Positions 27,040-35,692 of a DNA stretch of 62,585 nt are shown here, piece by piece. Numbering within the stretch: the stretch's first letter is position 1; each line of letters opens with the position of its first letter. The notes under the pieces are model-generated. The model was not told the DNA's origin. It was given only the letters and a program-made list of their open reading frames with translations, and did not search any database. This stretch comes from a virus (Duplodnaviria; Caudoviricetes). A program made the translations under genes and the position numbers. Location of the stretch: positions 1-62,585 of IMG/VR virus record IMGVR_UViG_3300044813_000005; one strand, given 5' to 3'.

Positions 27040-27539
27040 GCGGCAACCTGCCTGCGCCGCAGGGCGATAAGCAGGGTGGCGGCGGCCACGCCGTACGCCT
27101 TCCCGACAATCTGCCCGGGGAGGAACGCCAAGGAGCCGAACGCGATCGACAGAAACAGCACCGAGTCGAGGACCGCGCCGGCTAGCCCGCCGGCGAGGAC
27201 GGCGGGTGCCCAGCGGGGGGCGATCCACGTGAACAGGGCGAAGTCCAGCAGCTCGGAGAACGTGAACGCGACGGCCGATGCGGTGGCGATGTGCGGGTCA
27301 GCCACCGCGTACGACAGCAGCGCGCCGGCGGCTAGGCCGGCGAGCATGACCGCCCGGCCAAGCGACCATTGGACGTAGTCGCGGAGGACGAGCGCGAGGC
27401 CGACGACGTACACCCCGGCGGGTGCGGTGAGTCCGAAGCCGACGGGGATGGGTCCGTATTTCTGGATGAGCCAGTTCGCGCCGATGACGGTACTGACGTA
27501 GGCGGCGAGGGCTGCGAGGCCGGTGGTGCGGCGGCTCAT
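27036..27539 (-). CDS. VUT/YhhQ-family preQ0/preQ1 transporter
   Basis: Multi-TM; ANW, PVGFGL.APAG, RDYVQ, SELLDF, DSVLFL, GQIVGK. Confidence 0.82.
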   Translation of the reverse strand: MSRRTTGLAALAAYVSTVIGANWLIQKYGPIPVGFGLTAPAGVYVVGLALVLRDYVQWSLGRAVMLAGLAAGALLSYAVADPHIATASAVAFTFSELLDFALFTWIAPRWAPAVLAGGLAGAVLDSVLFLSIAFGSLAFLPGQIVGKAYGVAAATLLIALRRRQVAA

Positions 27540-27652
27540 GGTTCGCACCGCCCGGCGAGGTGGCTGAACGCGGCGAGCAGGCTGATGGCGCCGATGAGCA
27601 TGCCGGCGGCGAGGCAGGCGACGCACAGGGCGGTGATCTCGGTGCGGCTCAT
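27536..27652 (-). CDS. Small membrane peptide
   Basis: ATGA couplings at both ends; hydrophobic. Confidence 0.5.
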   Translation of the reverse strand: MSRTEITALCVACLAAGMLIGAISLLAAFSHLAGRCEP

Positions 27653-28647
27653 GCGGCGTCTCCTTCGGGGAGCGGCACGAAGTCGACTTTCACGGTCGGC
27701 TCGGCCTGCGTCTTCATCGGCGGGGCCATGCCGGCCTTGGCGTATTCGGCTTTGACCGCTGCGGTGTCCAGGCGTTTAGGCCGACTGACGGACCACCGGA
27801 CTGCGAGCCGCCAGCCGATGTCGGCGAGTTCGGTGCCTTCGTCGTTGGGCCGTAGCGCGTCGAGCGCCCCGCGGGCTTCGGCTTCGCGGGCTTCGGCGTC
27901 GGCCTTGTCCTGGCGGGCCTGCCACAGTTTCTCCGCCCATGCGGGGGCGTCGGGGTTGTCGAGGTAGAGGACGGTGCGGGGGTCCCGGTCCGGCAGCCCG
28001 CCTTCCCAGCAGGTGTCCATGAACGGGCAGTGCGAGCACCAGGTGGAGTCGGGGGCGTAGTCGCGGGGCAGCAAGTCCAGCGGGGTGTCGCGGACCTGCC
28101 GGACCCAGTCCAGCGCGTCCTGCACGGCGGTCGCATCGAAGGTGCCGGTCCACCGGTACTCCTCGCCGGTGTCGCGGGCGAGGAAGTCGATGACGAGCCT
28201 GCGGACCGGGTGACCTTCGGCGATGAGTCCGGCGGCGTAGGCGTTGATCTGCCAGATGACGGACCGTTCGGGGCCGTGCGTCTTGATGTGACCGAGCCAC
28301 TGCGAGGTGGTGGTCTTGATGTCGCCGAGGGTGTAGGTGTCGGCTTCGTACCAGTCGAGGTGTCCGAGGAGCCCGGCGAACTCGACGGGATGCTCAACAA
28401 GGTCACCCGGCCGTGCGGCTTCCCGCCGCACTCCTTCGGCGACCTGATGCAAAGACGTGCCCATAATTGCCTGCATGGACCCACTCGTGTTGGTGCGGGG
28501 GGTGCCAGCCAGCCGATAGCCAGTCCGGCGTCGACACCCACCGAGCTCCGACATTCCGAGCTCACGTTGCTTCGACCGAGGGCGTTCCTGGTCCCAGGCG
28601 AGAAGCAGGTCAGCGGTGGTGCGCTCCGTTGGGATAGTCGCGGTCAT
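27649..28647 (-). CDS. Cas4/RecB-like exonuclease
   Basis: [32 protein letters not shown]...C. Confidence 0.88.
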   Translation of the reverse strand: MTATIPTERTTADLLLAWDQERPRSKQRELGMSELGGCRRRTGYRLAGTPRTNTSGSMQAIMGTSLHQVAEGVRREAARPGDLVEHPVEFAGLLGHLDWYEADTYTLGDIKTTTSQWLGHIKTHGPERSVIWQINAYAAGLIAEGHPVRRLVIDFLARDTGEEYRWTGTFDATAVQDALDWVRQVRDTPLDLLPRDYAPDSTWCSHCPFMDTCWEGGLPDRDPRTVLYLDNPDAPAWAEKLWQARQDKADAEAREAEARGALDALRPNDEGTELADIGWRLAVRWSVSRPKRLDTAAVKAEYAKAGMAPPMKTQAEPTVKVDFVPLPEGDAA

Positions 28648-29093
28648 GCGACACGCCCCATCTTGCGGTGGTACCGCCGCATCTGGGCCACGTTCCAGCA
28701 GGCACGACATGTCCGCCGTCCGGACTTCCGCAGCGTGTTCTGCTCGTCGTAGGGATGGCCCTGCGGGCAGTGCGTCTTGGCGGCGTTGGCCGCGGGGAGC
28801 GTGTTCCCGCGCAGCGTGTTGACCCGGGGTGTGACAGCTTCCAGGTGTTCCGGGTTCACGCACCCACGGTTCCGGCAGAGATGGTCAAGGTGCAGGCCAC
28901 CGGGGATGGGACCGACGAAGTGGGTATACGCCCAACGGTGCCCGAGGTACTGGACGCGGTCGACGTGGAAGACGGAGTACCCCGTCGAGTTGTGTTTGCC
29001 CGCGGTCCAGTCCCAGCAGCCCGTGTCTGCGTTGACTGACACCTTCTCCATGAAGCGACTCAGGGCGGTGCCGCGCCGCCAGCCGAGCCTCAT
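28644..29093 (-). CDS. HNH homing endonuclease
   Basis: GCWDWT, GHR, LDHLCRNRGCVNPEHLE, KTHCPQGH. Confidence 0.9.
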   Translation of the reverse strand: MRLGWRRGTALSRFMEKVSVNADTGCWDWTAGKHNSTGYSVFHVDRVQYLGHRWAYTHFVGPIPGGLHLDHLCRNRGCVNPEHLEAVTPRVNTLRGNTLPAANAAKTHCPQGHPYDEQNTLRKSGRRTCRACWNVAQMRRYHRKMGRVA

Positions 29094-29785
29094 GCTGCGG
29101 GCCCAGGGAACAGGTCGGCGGGCTCGGCCTGGTCGGCGGCGAGGTTGAGGACGGCAGCGCGGAGCTCTTCGTCGGTGGGGCTGTCGGCTTCGATGACGGT
29201 GGGCCGGTCGGTGCGCTGCGCGGCGACCTGCGCGAGTGTCGGCCGGGTCGGGGCGGCGGGGACGTCGAGGAGTTCTTCGGTGGTGGCGAGCCCGTTGGTG
29301 ACGTCGGCGAAGTACGCCTTGCACAGCCGGGATGTGGCGCGGGCGAGGAGCATGTCGGCGGGGTACTTGTTCCAGTTGTCCCCGGCCAGCCCGGCCTTCT
29401 TGGCTTGGGCGATGGTGAATGACGCGGTCCGCCATTCGTCGGTGCCGCGGCGGCAGCCGGAGACGACGCATTTCTCGTCGGTCCATTCGTCGACGCGGAA
29501 GCCGTGGCCGGCGGCGACGACGAGCGCCCGTTTCCCTTCGGCGGACAGGCTGGGCTTGCCTTTGATGACGTCGATGAGGCCGATGGCCTGCATGGGTCGC
29601 AGTCCGAGGTCGATGCCTTGGAGGACGGCGACGAGGATGTCGGCAGGCTTGCCGCGTAGCCCGTCGGACATGAGCGCGGACACGGCGACCGTCTTGGCGA
29701 ACTCTTGGAATTGGCCGATCTGCCCGGCGGCGATGATGGCCTGGGTGCCACCGTCGGGGTTGTAGGTGGCTACGTCGGTGGTCAT
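29090..29785 (-). CDS. RecT-like single-strand annealing protein
   Basis: GIDLGL.PMQA, GKPSLSAE, NWNKYPADML.ARA; adjacent to exonuclease. Confidence 0.8.
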   Translation of the reverse strand: MTTDVATYNPDGGTQAIIAAGQIGQFQEFAKTVAVSALMSDGLRGKPADILVAVLQGIDLGLRPMQAIGLIDVIKGKPSLSAEGKRALVVAAGHGFRVDEWTDEKCVVSGCRRGTDEWRTASFTIAQAKKAGLAGDNWNKYPADMLLARATSRLCKAYFADVTNGLATTEELLDVPAAPTRPTLAQVAAQRTDRPTVIEADSPTDEELRAAVLNLAADQAEPADLFPGPAA

Positions 29786-30030
29786 GTTGTCTCCTGTGGA
29801 GTGACGAGTTGGGTGGCGGCGATGTGCGCGCAGCCGGGGCTGTTGGGGCAGGTGCAGTGCCAGCCGCGACGGGGACTGTTGAAGTCGACGACGTAGGTGC
29901 CGTTGTGGCCGTCGACACGGGCGATGCACCCGTTCATGCGGGCCAGCCCATCAACGGTTACGCGGTAGATGCTGAGCCGGCCTTCGCGGAGGACGGCGAG
30001 GGCTTTGGGTCGCAGTTCGTCGGTGGTCAT
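29782..30030 (-). CDS. SWIM Zn-finger protein
   Basis: WHCTCP...CAHIAA. Confidence 0.75.
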   Translation of the reverse strand: MTTDELRPKALAVLREGRLSIYRVTVDGLARMNGCIARVDGHNGTYVVDFNSPRRGWHCTCPNSPGCAHIAATQLVTPQETT

Positions 30031-31428
30031 GCGGCCCGCCCGCTGCGGTCGTTGGCGAGGAGCGCGGCGTTGTGTGCGGCGATGAGCCGGGCCAGCCCGG
30101 CGTCCACTTCCCACACGATCAGGTCGTGGGTGTCGGCTTCGGCGTCGTCGTACCGTTCCCGCTCGCCGGGCCATTCGGCGTTTTCGGCGTCCCGTTGGGC
30201 GGCGGCGAGGTCGTTGGAGTAGTAGTCGCGGCTCACAGTGAGTCGCTCCCGTCGGTGCGTCCGGCGGCTGGGTCGCGCCACACGAACCCGCCGCACGGGC
30301 AGGCGGGCGCGCCGATGTAGCCGGCGAGGTCCGGGTCGGTGACGCGGCACTGGTGGCGGCGGAGGGTGAGCCATTTGCCGATGGTCAGGCCGAGGATGAC
30401 GTCGAGGGCGAGGAACGCGGCGGCGCCGGCAGTCCGGCGAACGGCGGTCATACGATCGCCCACAAGCCCAGGCTGAACAGCGACCCGGCGGTGACCATCA
30501 GCAGAGCGCCGACGACAAAGCACTGTTCGCCTTCTTTGGTGCCGTCGAGAACGCCCGCCCAGACGAGGCAGCAGCCGAGGAGTGTGAGAAACGCGGCGAG
30601 CCCGACCCCGACGTTCAGCAGAATGCTCATGCGACGTCTCCGAGTGCCACGGCGCGGGCGTTGAGGAGCCGGACGGCGAGGTCGGCGGCGTCGACGACGC
30701 TCATCTCCCACCGGGCGGGCCCGACAAGGGCGAGGAGGTCGGCGACGGCCTGGTCGCGGCGCTGGCAGGCGGCTTCCCAGTCGGTTTCTTGTTCGCGGCG
30801 TTCGGATTCGTCCATGTCGACGAGTTGTTGGGCGTAGCTGAGCTCGTCGATGGCGCCGCACACGTCGTCGCCTGGCTCGTTGACGCCTTTGGCGAGGTCG
30901 GCGAGGAGGTCGGCGACCGCGTCGGCGGGCAGCGTGATGGCAATGCGGCGGCCGGCGGCCTGCACGTCGGGGGTCATCGTCGGTCACCAGTGATCGGGTC
31001 AAGCCCGAACGCCTCGGCGAGTCTGGTGAGCGCGTCACGCAGCCCGTCAAAGTTGTCTAGGTCGAGCGCGGTCTGGTAGGCGCGTAGCACGTCCCGCACC
31101 GCCTGGCGACGCTCGGAGGCGGCGCTCATCGGACGGCCCGTTCGTAGTCGGCGAGCCGGGCGGCGTCCGCGTCGCATTCGACGGCCTTCGCGCAGACGGC
31201 CCGCAGGTTCGCCGCGTACACCGGGTGCAGCCATTCGGGCGCGTCAGCGCCGAGGCCGTGCGCGGACATGATGCGGTTCCAGTGGACCCACCGTTCGATC
31301 CCCCGCAGGTTCGGCAGGAGCGGGGCGAGCAGGTCTTGGGCGGTCCACCGGTCGGTGCCGGACACGGCGGCGGCGACGAGCGCGTCCACCGCGGCGGCGT
31401 TGATCTGGGTAGGGTCGGTCTTGTTCAC
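30027..31428 (-). CDS. Six small coupled early ORFs (30027-30236, 30233-30451, 30448-30630, 30627-30977, 30974-31129, 31126-31428)
   Basis: ATGA/GTGA couplings; two contain TM segments. Confidence 0.6.
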
Positions 31429-31459
31429 TGCATCCTCCTAAGGGTTCGTGCGGTGGGCT

Positions 31460-31491
31460 GACGCCCTGCCGGTGGCACCCGGTAGGGCGTC
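31460..31491 (-). terminator. Intergenic hairpin in early operon
   Basis: GACGCCCTGCCGG-N6-CCGGTAGGGCGTC. Confidence 0.5.
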
Positions 31492-31504
31492 GTCTTTGCC
31501 TGGG

Positions 31505-31960
31505 TCAGGCGGTGCCGTCCTGGATGGCGGCACGACGAGCACGCGACTCGGCCATGCGCCTGGCATGACAGGGGCGGCAGTGGCGACCGTCCCGATCGCG
31601 GTACGTGTTCACCTCGTTGAATGGGTGGCCGTGGCGACAGTGCGTCTTGCGGTAGTTCAGCCCGCTGGCGCCGTTACCTCGCCGCAGGTTCTCCTGGCAC
31701 GTCACGGGCTCCAGGTGCCACGGGTTGCAACAGGCGCGGTTGCGGCACAAGTGGTCCAGCTGCAACCCGTCGGGCACCGGGGCGACAAAGTGGGTGTACG
31801 TGACAACGTGCGTCCCGAAGACACGGTGAGCCCCCCGAGAGCCGATGCTGATCTGGCCGTAGCCAGATCGGTTCGTCCCGGGATAGACCCAACACCCATT
31901 GGCGTCTTCCTGAACCCGTGCCATGAGTCGCGGGAGTAGGGGAGTGATGGGCCGGCTCAT
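31505..31960 (-). CDS. HNH homing endonuclease
   Basis: GCWVY, LDHLCRNRACCNPWHLE, KTHCRHGH. Confidence 0.9.
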   Translation of the reverse strand: MSRPITPLLPRLMARVQEDANGCWVYPGTNRSGYGQISIGSRGAHRVFGTHVVTYTHFVAPVPDGLQLDHLCRNRACCNPWHLEPVTCQENLRRGNGASGLNYRKTHCRHGHPFNEVNTYRDRDGRHCRPCHARRMAESRARRAAIQDGTA

Positions 31961-32172
31961 GCCGCCACCGGCTCGACCAGAAGCGACGCGACGGGCACGT
32001 CGAGGACGGCGGCGATGCGGCCGAGGCCGTGGGCCTTGGGGAGCCGGTCAGCCAGCTCCAGGCGAGCGATGGTGGAGGTCGACACACCGGCGCGTAGAGC
32101 AAGCTGCTCGCGGGTCAGCCCCGCCGACTCGCGGGCCGACCGGACGATCTGACCTGGGGTCGTTTCTGACAT
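31957..32172 (-). CDS. cro: Cro-like XRE HTH protein
   Basis: ARESAGLTREQLA...VSTSTIARLE; leaderless ATG after TTGACA-17-CAGGAT; divergent from repressor. Confidence 0.85.
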   Translation of the reverse strand: MSETTPGQIVRSARESAGLTREQLALRAGVSTSTIARLELADRLPKAHGLGRIAAVLDVPVASLLVEPVAA

Positions 32173-32178
32173 ATGGCA

Positions 32179-32224
32179 ATCCTGCACCACCCTTCTTGAC
32201 ATGTCAAGCCTGCGCGGGGACCAT
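32179..32224. promoter_or_regulatory. Divergent genetic-switch promoters/operator
   Basis: Palindrome CTTGACATGTCAAG (32195-32208) supplies TTGACA on both strands; -10s CAGGAT (minus) and GACCAT (plus). Confidence 0.8.
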
Positions 32225-32275
32225 TCCTGACATGTCGTCCGACTCAACGGGGGACAACGAAGGGACAGGTGCAGA

Positions 32276-32635
32276 ATGGCCACACGCACGGTGACCTGGG
32301 GTGACGCGCTTCTCGCGGAAGCCACCAAGGCGCCCGGTGGGCTGAAGCAGGCCGTCGAGACGATCCGCGAAGAAGTGGGACCGCTCATCGGCACGCGGAA
32401 CACGTTCGCGAAGCTGCTGAAGGCCGAGGGGCCGGAGTCGCTGAACGAGTCAGACCTGTGGCGGGCGTGGCTGCTGCTGGTCGTGCTGGGGCAGGAGCCC
32501 GCCGACTGGGATGTCGACCTGTCGGTGATGCCCCGCGCCTACAGCGAGCGGGCGCTGCGGGCGAACCTGTTCAATGCGGTGCGCCGTCAGGGACTCGAAC
32601 CCCGAACCCGCTGGTTAATGGCTTCGGCGGCGTAG
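32276..32635 (+). CDS. Putative immunity repressor containing attP
   Basis: Divergent from cro, upstream of integrase, contains attP, ends -ASAA; HTH only weakly recognisable. Confidence 0.7.
   Translation: MATRTVTWGDALLAEATKAPGGLKQAVETIREEVGPLIGTRNTFAKLLKAEGPESLNESDLWRAWLLLVVLGQEPADWDVDLSVMPRAYSERALRANLFNAVRRQGLEPRTRWLMASAA
32578..32618 (-). other. attP core (3' half of tRNA-Lys)
   Basis: Minus strand TTAACCAGCGGGTTCGGGGTTCGAGTCCCTGACGGCGCACC = anticodon loop 3' side, T-arm, acceptor strand. Confidence 0.88.
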
Positions 32636-32659
32636 CAGCCCCCCGGTTCCCCCGTTCGG

Positions 32660-33505
32660 GTGATTACGCCATGCACGCACGGTCAGCAGGATATGACAGT
32701 GACCACATCTCATTGGGAACCGGAGATCAAAGCGTGGGTCGGCTGGCTGCGCGCCGCCGGCCGTCCGCCGACCACCATCTACTTGAGGACCTACCACATC
32801 CGCCGGATCGGGCTGGTGTTCCCAACCCGCTCGCCGTGGGCGCTGACCGTCGAGGACCTGGCCGGGTGGCTGGGTGTGCATGACTGGTCCCCGGAGACTC
32901 GCCGCTCGTACCGGGCCAGCCTGCGTGCGTTCTTCGGCTGGGGGCTCATCACCGGCAGGGTGGTGGGTAACCCGGCGGCGCTGCTGCCCGTCGTGAAGCT
33001 GCCGGTGGGGAAGCCGCGGCCGGCACCGGAGCTGGTGTACCGGGCGGCGCTACTCCGCGCCGACGACCGGGAGCGCCTGATGCTCCGGCTGGCGGCGATG
33101 GCGGGTCTGCGCCGGGGTGAGATCAGCCGGGTCCGCGGTGATGACGTGGAGGCTGATCTGATCGGCTGGTCGCTGCGGGTGGTGGGGAAGGGCAGCGCGG
33201 TGCGGCTGGTGCCGCTGTTGGACGAGCTCGCCGCCGACCTGGCGGGTTTCTCGGGGTGGGTGTTCCCGGGGCAGGACGACGGGCATCTGTCGGCGGCGCA
33301 TGTGGGGAAGCTGATGTCGCGGCTGCTGGGGCCGGGGTGGACGGCGCACGGCCTGCGGCACCGGTTCGCCGCGCGGGCGTACGAGCCGGAGCGGGACATC
33401 CGGGCGGTGCAAATGTTGCTCGGTCATGCGTCTGTGGTGACGACCCAGCGGTACACACCGGTCCCGGCGGGGGCGTTGCGGGCTGCGGTCCTGGCAGCGT
33501 CCTAG
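32660..33505 (+). CDS. int: Tyrosine integrase lacking arm-binding domain
   Basis: GLRRGE, GKG, HGLRH, LGHAS..TTQRY; ~280 aa; ends -LAAS. Confidence 0.93.
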   Translation: MITPCTHGQQDMTVTTSHWEPEIKAWVGWLRAAGRPPTTIYLRTYHIRRIGLVFPTRSPWALTVEDLAGWLGVHDWSPETRRSYRASLRAFFGWGLITGRVVGNPAALLPVVKLPVGKPRPAPELVYRAALLRADDRERLMLRLAAMAGLRRGEISRVRGDDVEADLIGWSLRVVGKGSAVRLVPLLDELAADLAGFSGWVFPGQDDGHLSAAHVGKLMSRLLGPGWTAHGLRHRFAARAYEPERDIRAVQMLLGHASVVTTQRYTPVPAGALRAAVLAAS

Positions 33506-34890
33506 ACGGTCGTGACTCCGACCAGCCGCCGCGCGCGCCACACGCCGTAGATCGGCACCGGCCCCCGGACGTTCGCCCCCGGATGCGGCGCTTCGACGAT
33601 CATGCCTCCGCCGAGGTAGATGACGACGTGCCCGCTGTCGGGGAACACGAGGTCCCCGCGCTGGATCTGCGACGGGTCCACAGCAACGCCCATCCCGATC
33701 AGCGTGGACGTGGTCGGCCGGCCGGGCAGCTTGAACGCGGCGTCGACGAGGCCGGAGCAGTCGAACGCGTTCGGGCCTTCCGCACCCCATACGTACGGCT
33801 TGCCGACCTGCGCCAGCGCGTACGCGATCGCCGCTTCGACGGTGGGGCTACCCGAGGTGGGGACGGTCGGCGTGCAGGTGACGGCGACAGGCTGCGCGAT
33901 CGGGTCGGCGACTGGGACGACCGGCGGGAACGGCCCGAGCGCGCCGCGGGCCTTGGCGAGCGCCTGCACGGCCTGCGCCTCGAACTTCAGGTAACGCCCG
34001 CTGCTGTACGTCTCCGCCCACGGCCTGCCCCAGTCCCAGCCTGCGTCCCGGAGGACAATCAGCGCCGCGTTCGCGTTCGCCTGCGGGTCGCGCCACGTCT
34101 CGCCGGGCAGTAGGCCGGGGTGGGCGGACAGCATGATCTGGAAGATGCCGCGTGCGCTGGTGTGCGGGTTGGCCGCGTTGGGGTTGGCCCCTGATTCGGC
34201 GAGGAGCACTTCCTGCGCGGTCAGCGGGTTGGGGAAGCCCCGGCCGTCCGGTAGGCGGGCCTTGAGCACGGCGCGGGCGGCGACGACCGCCGGCTCGTCG
34301 GTGCTGCTGGCGGGGATGCTGGCCGGGCCGGTGGGGCAGCACGGCGACGGCGCGGACACCTGCGTCGTCGGTGCGACGGGCTGCGCCGGGTCGACCGGCG
34401 CGGTCCCGCCTTTTACGGCGGATTGGAAGGCGTGCCAGCCGGTGGCGAGCGCCTGCCCAACCTGACGGCCGGCTGTCTCCATGCCGGCGCGCATCTGCTC
34501 GGCGTCCGGCGGCGGCTCAGTGAGCTTGTGCGCGAACCCACCGAAGCGATACCCGATGCCCGCCGCACCCCCGACCGGCAGCGGCGTGCAGGCCAGCGAG
34601 GCGTTGTAGGAGGCGGGGTGGACGAGCCCTTGGACGGCCCGGTCGAGCTGCGGGTACGCGCCGAGGAGCGCCTGCCAGATGAGGGTGAGGATGAACCCGA
34701 GGATCGCCAGCAGCTTCGCCAGCGACAGGTGGGACAGGGCGGCTTTGGTGCCGCCGAGCAGGCTGGGTCCGGCGGCGTGGGCGCCTTGCTTGGCGAGCCC
34801 GCCGAGGAGCGACTGCCCGCCGTGCGCCCACCCCCAGCCGAGCCCTTTGCAGACGGCCTTGGGTCCCCACAGGAACGGGTTCCAGCCCAT
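33502..34890 (-). CDS. Membrane-anchored lytic transglycosylase + NlpC/P60 peptidoglycan hydrolase
   Basis: TM segment; AESGANP...ARGIFQI...DP..N; GKPYVWG...DCSGL...GDLVF...GHV.IY. Confidence 0.88.
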   Translation of the reverse strand: MGWNPFLWGPKAVCKGLGWGWAHGGQSLLGGLAKQGAHAAGPSLLGGTKAALSHLSLAKLLAILGFILTLIWQALLGAYPQLDRAVQGLVHPASYNASLACTPLPVGGAAGIGYRFGGFAHKLTEPPPDAEQMRAGMETAGRQVGQALATGWHAFQSAVKGGTAPVDPAQPVAPTTQVSAPSPCCPTGPASIPASSTDEPAVVAARAVLKARLPDGRGFPNPLTAQEVLLAESGANPNAANPHTSARGIFQIMLSAHPGLLPGETWRDPQANANAALIVLRDAGWDWGRPWAETYSSGRYLKFEAQAVQALAKARGALGPFPPVVPVADPIAQPVAVTCTPTVPTSGSPTVEAAIAYALAQVGKPYVWGAEGPNAFDCSGLVDAAFKLPGRPTTSTLIGMGVAVDPSQIQRGDLVFPDSGHVVIYLGGGMIVEAPHPGANVRGPVPIYGVWRARRLVGVTTV

Positions 34891-35198
34891 CAGCTAGACG
34901 TGGCCCAGTGCTCGCAGCCGAGGCACCGTCCGCCCGGGACGTTGGCGAGTGGCCGCTTGCAGTCGACGCACGGGTACGCGTCAGGGGTCAGCACCGCGTC
35001 GACGGGGGCTGCCGGGATTGCCACTGGTCGGAGTCGTAACCAGATGATGGCGACCGCCCCGCCGACGAGGATGGAGACGAGGAGCCAGCCGAGCCACGGG
35101 TGGGTGACGGCTTCGAAGATGACGAACAGCTCGAGGGGCCAGGCGGCGAAGATCGCGGCGGGGGTGATCTGGAAGTCGGTCCAGAACCCGCGCCTCAT
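34890..35198 (-). CDS. Membrane protein with C-terminal Zn finger
   Basis: Two TM segments, CVDC...CLGC; coupled. Confidence 0.65.
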   Translation of the reverse strand: MRRGFWTDFQITPAAIFAAWPLELFVIFEAVTHPWLGWLLVSILVGGAVAIIWLRLRPVAIPAAPVDAVLTPDAYPCVDCKRPLANVPGGRCLGCEHWATSS

Positions 35199-35692
35199 GC
35201 CGCTGCCCTCGTCCGTGGGTGCGGTTTGTTGCAGGTGGCGCACATGAACAGCGGCGGCCGCCCGCCGGCCTGGAACGGATGGTCGGCCGGAAGTTTGCCG
35301 ACCCGCCATTCCAGTTTCCTGTCCCCGTTCCGCATGAGGAACTTCTCAAGGCCGAGCTGCTTCAGTTCATCCGCGGAGTGACGAGCCAGTGGCCGCTGGT
35401 CGGGCGTCGCCTGCCATGACCGCCACGTCTTGACCGCACGGCGTACGTGCGGGGCGGCGAGGCCGACCCCGGCGAATGCAGCGCCGCCGATGACGAGGAG
35501 CGGGGCGTGGACCCACGCCGTCGCCAGCACAGCAGCGCCGACGCCGAGGCGCAGCGGCCGGTTCTTGGCGTAGAACCGCTTCGCCGACCGCTTGACCGTG
35601 GCCTTGCCGCGCTGCCCTTTGACGCCCTTGCGGTAGGCGGTGGCACCACTCCGGGTCTTGTACTGGCCTCCACGGCGCTGGTAAGTGGTCAT
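35195..35692 (-). CDS. Basic membrane protein
   Basis: K/R-rich N-terminus, TM hairpin; ATGA coupled to translocase. Confidence 0.65.
   Translation of the reverse strand: MTTYQRRGGQYKTRSGATAYRKGVKGQRGKATVKRSAKRFYAKNRPLRLGVGAAVLATAWVHAPLLVIGGAAFAGVGLAAPHVRRAVKTWRSWQATPDQRPLARHSADELKQLGLEKFLMRNGDRKLEWRVGKLPADHPFQAGGRPPLFMCATCNKPHPRTRAAA

Noticed and set aside
27649-28647. CRISPR-Cas system from the Cas4-like gene
   Set aside because: Solo exonuclease paired with RecT; no array or other cas genes
25809-31960. Genome-wide ssrA-like C-terminal -AA tags on early proteins
   Set aside because: Largely explained by GCATGA stop/start overlaps; retained only for repressor and integrase, which have no ATGA overlap
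32578-32618. tRNA gene
   Set aside because: Only the 3' half is present; it is the attP core
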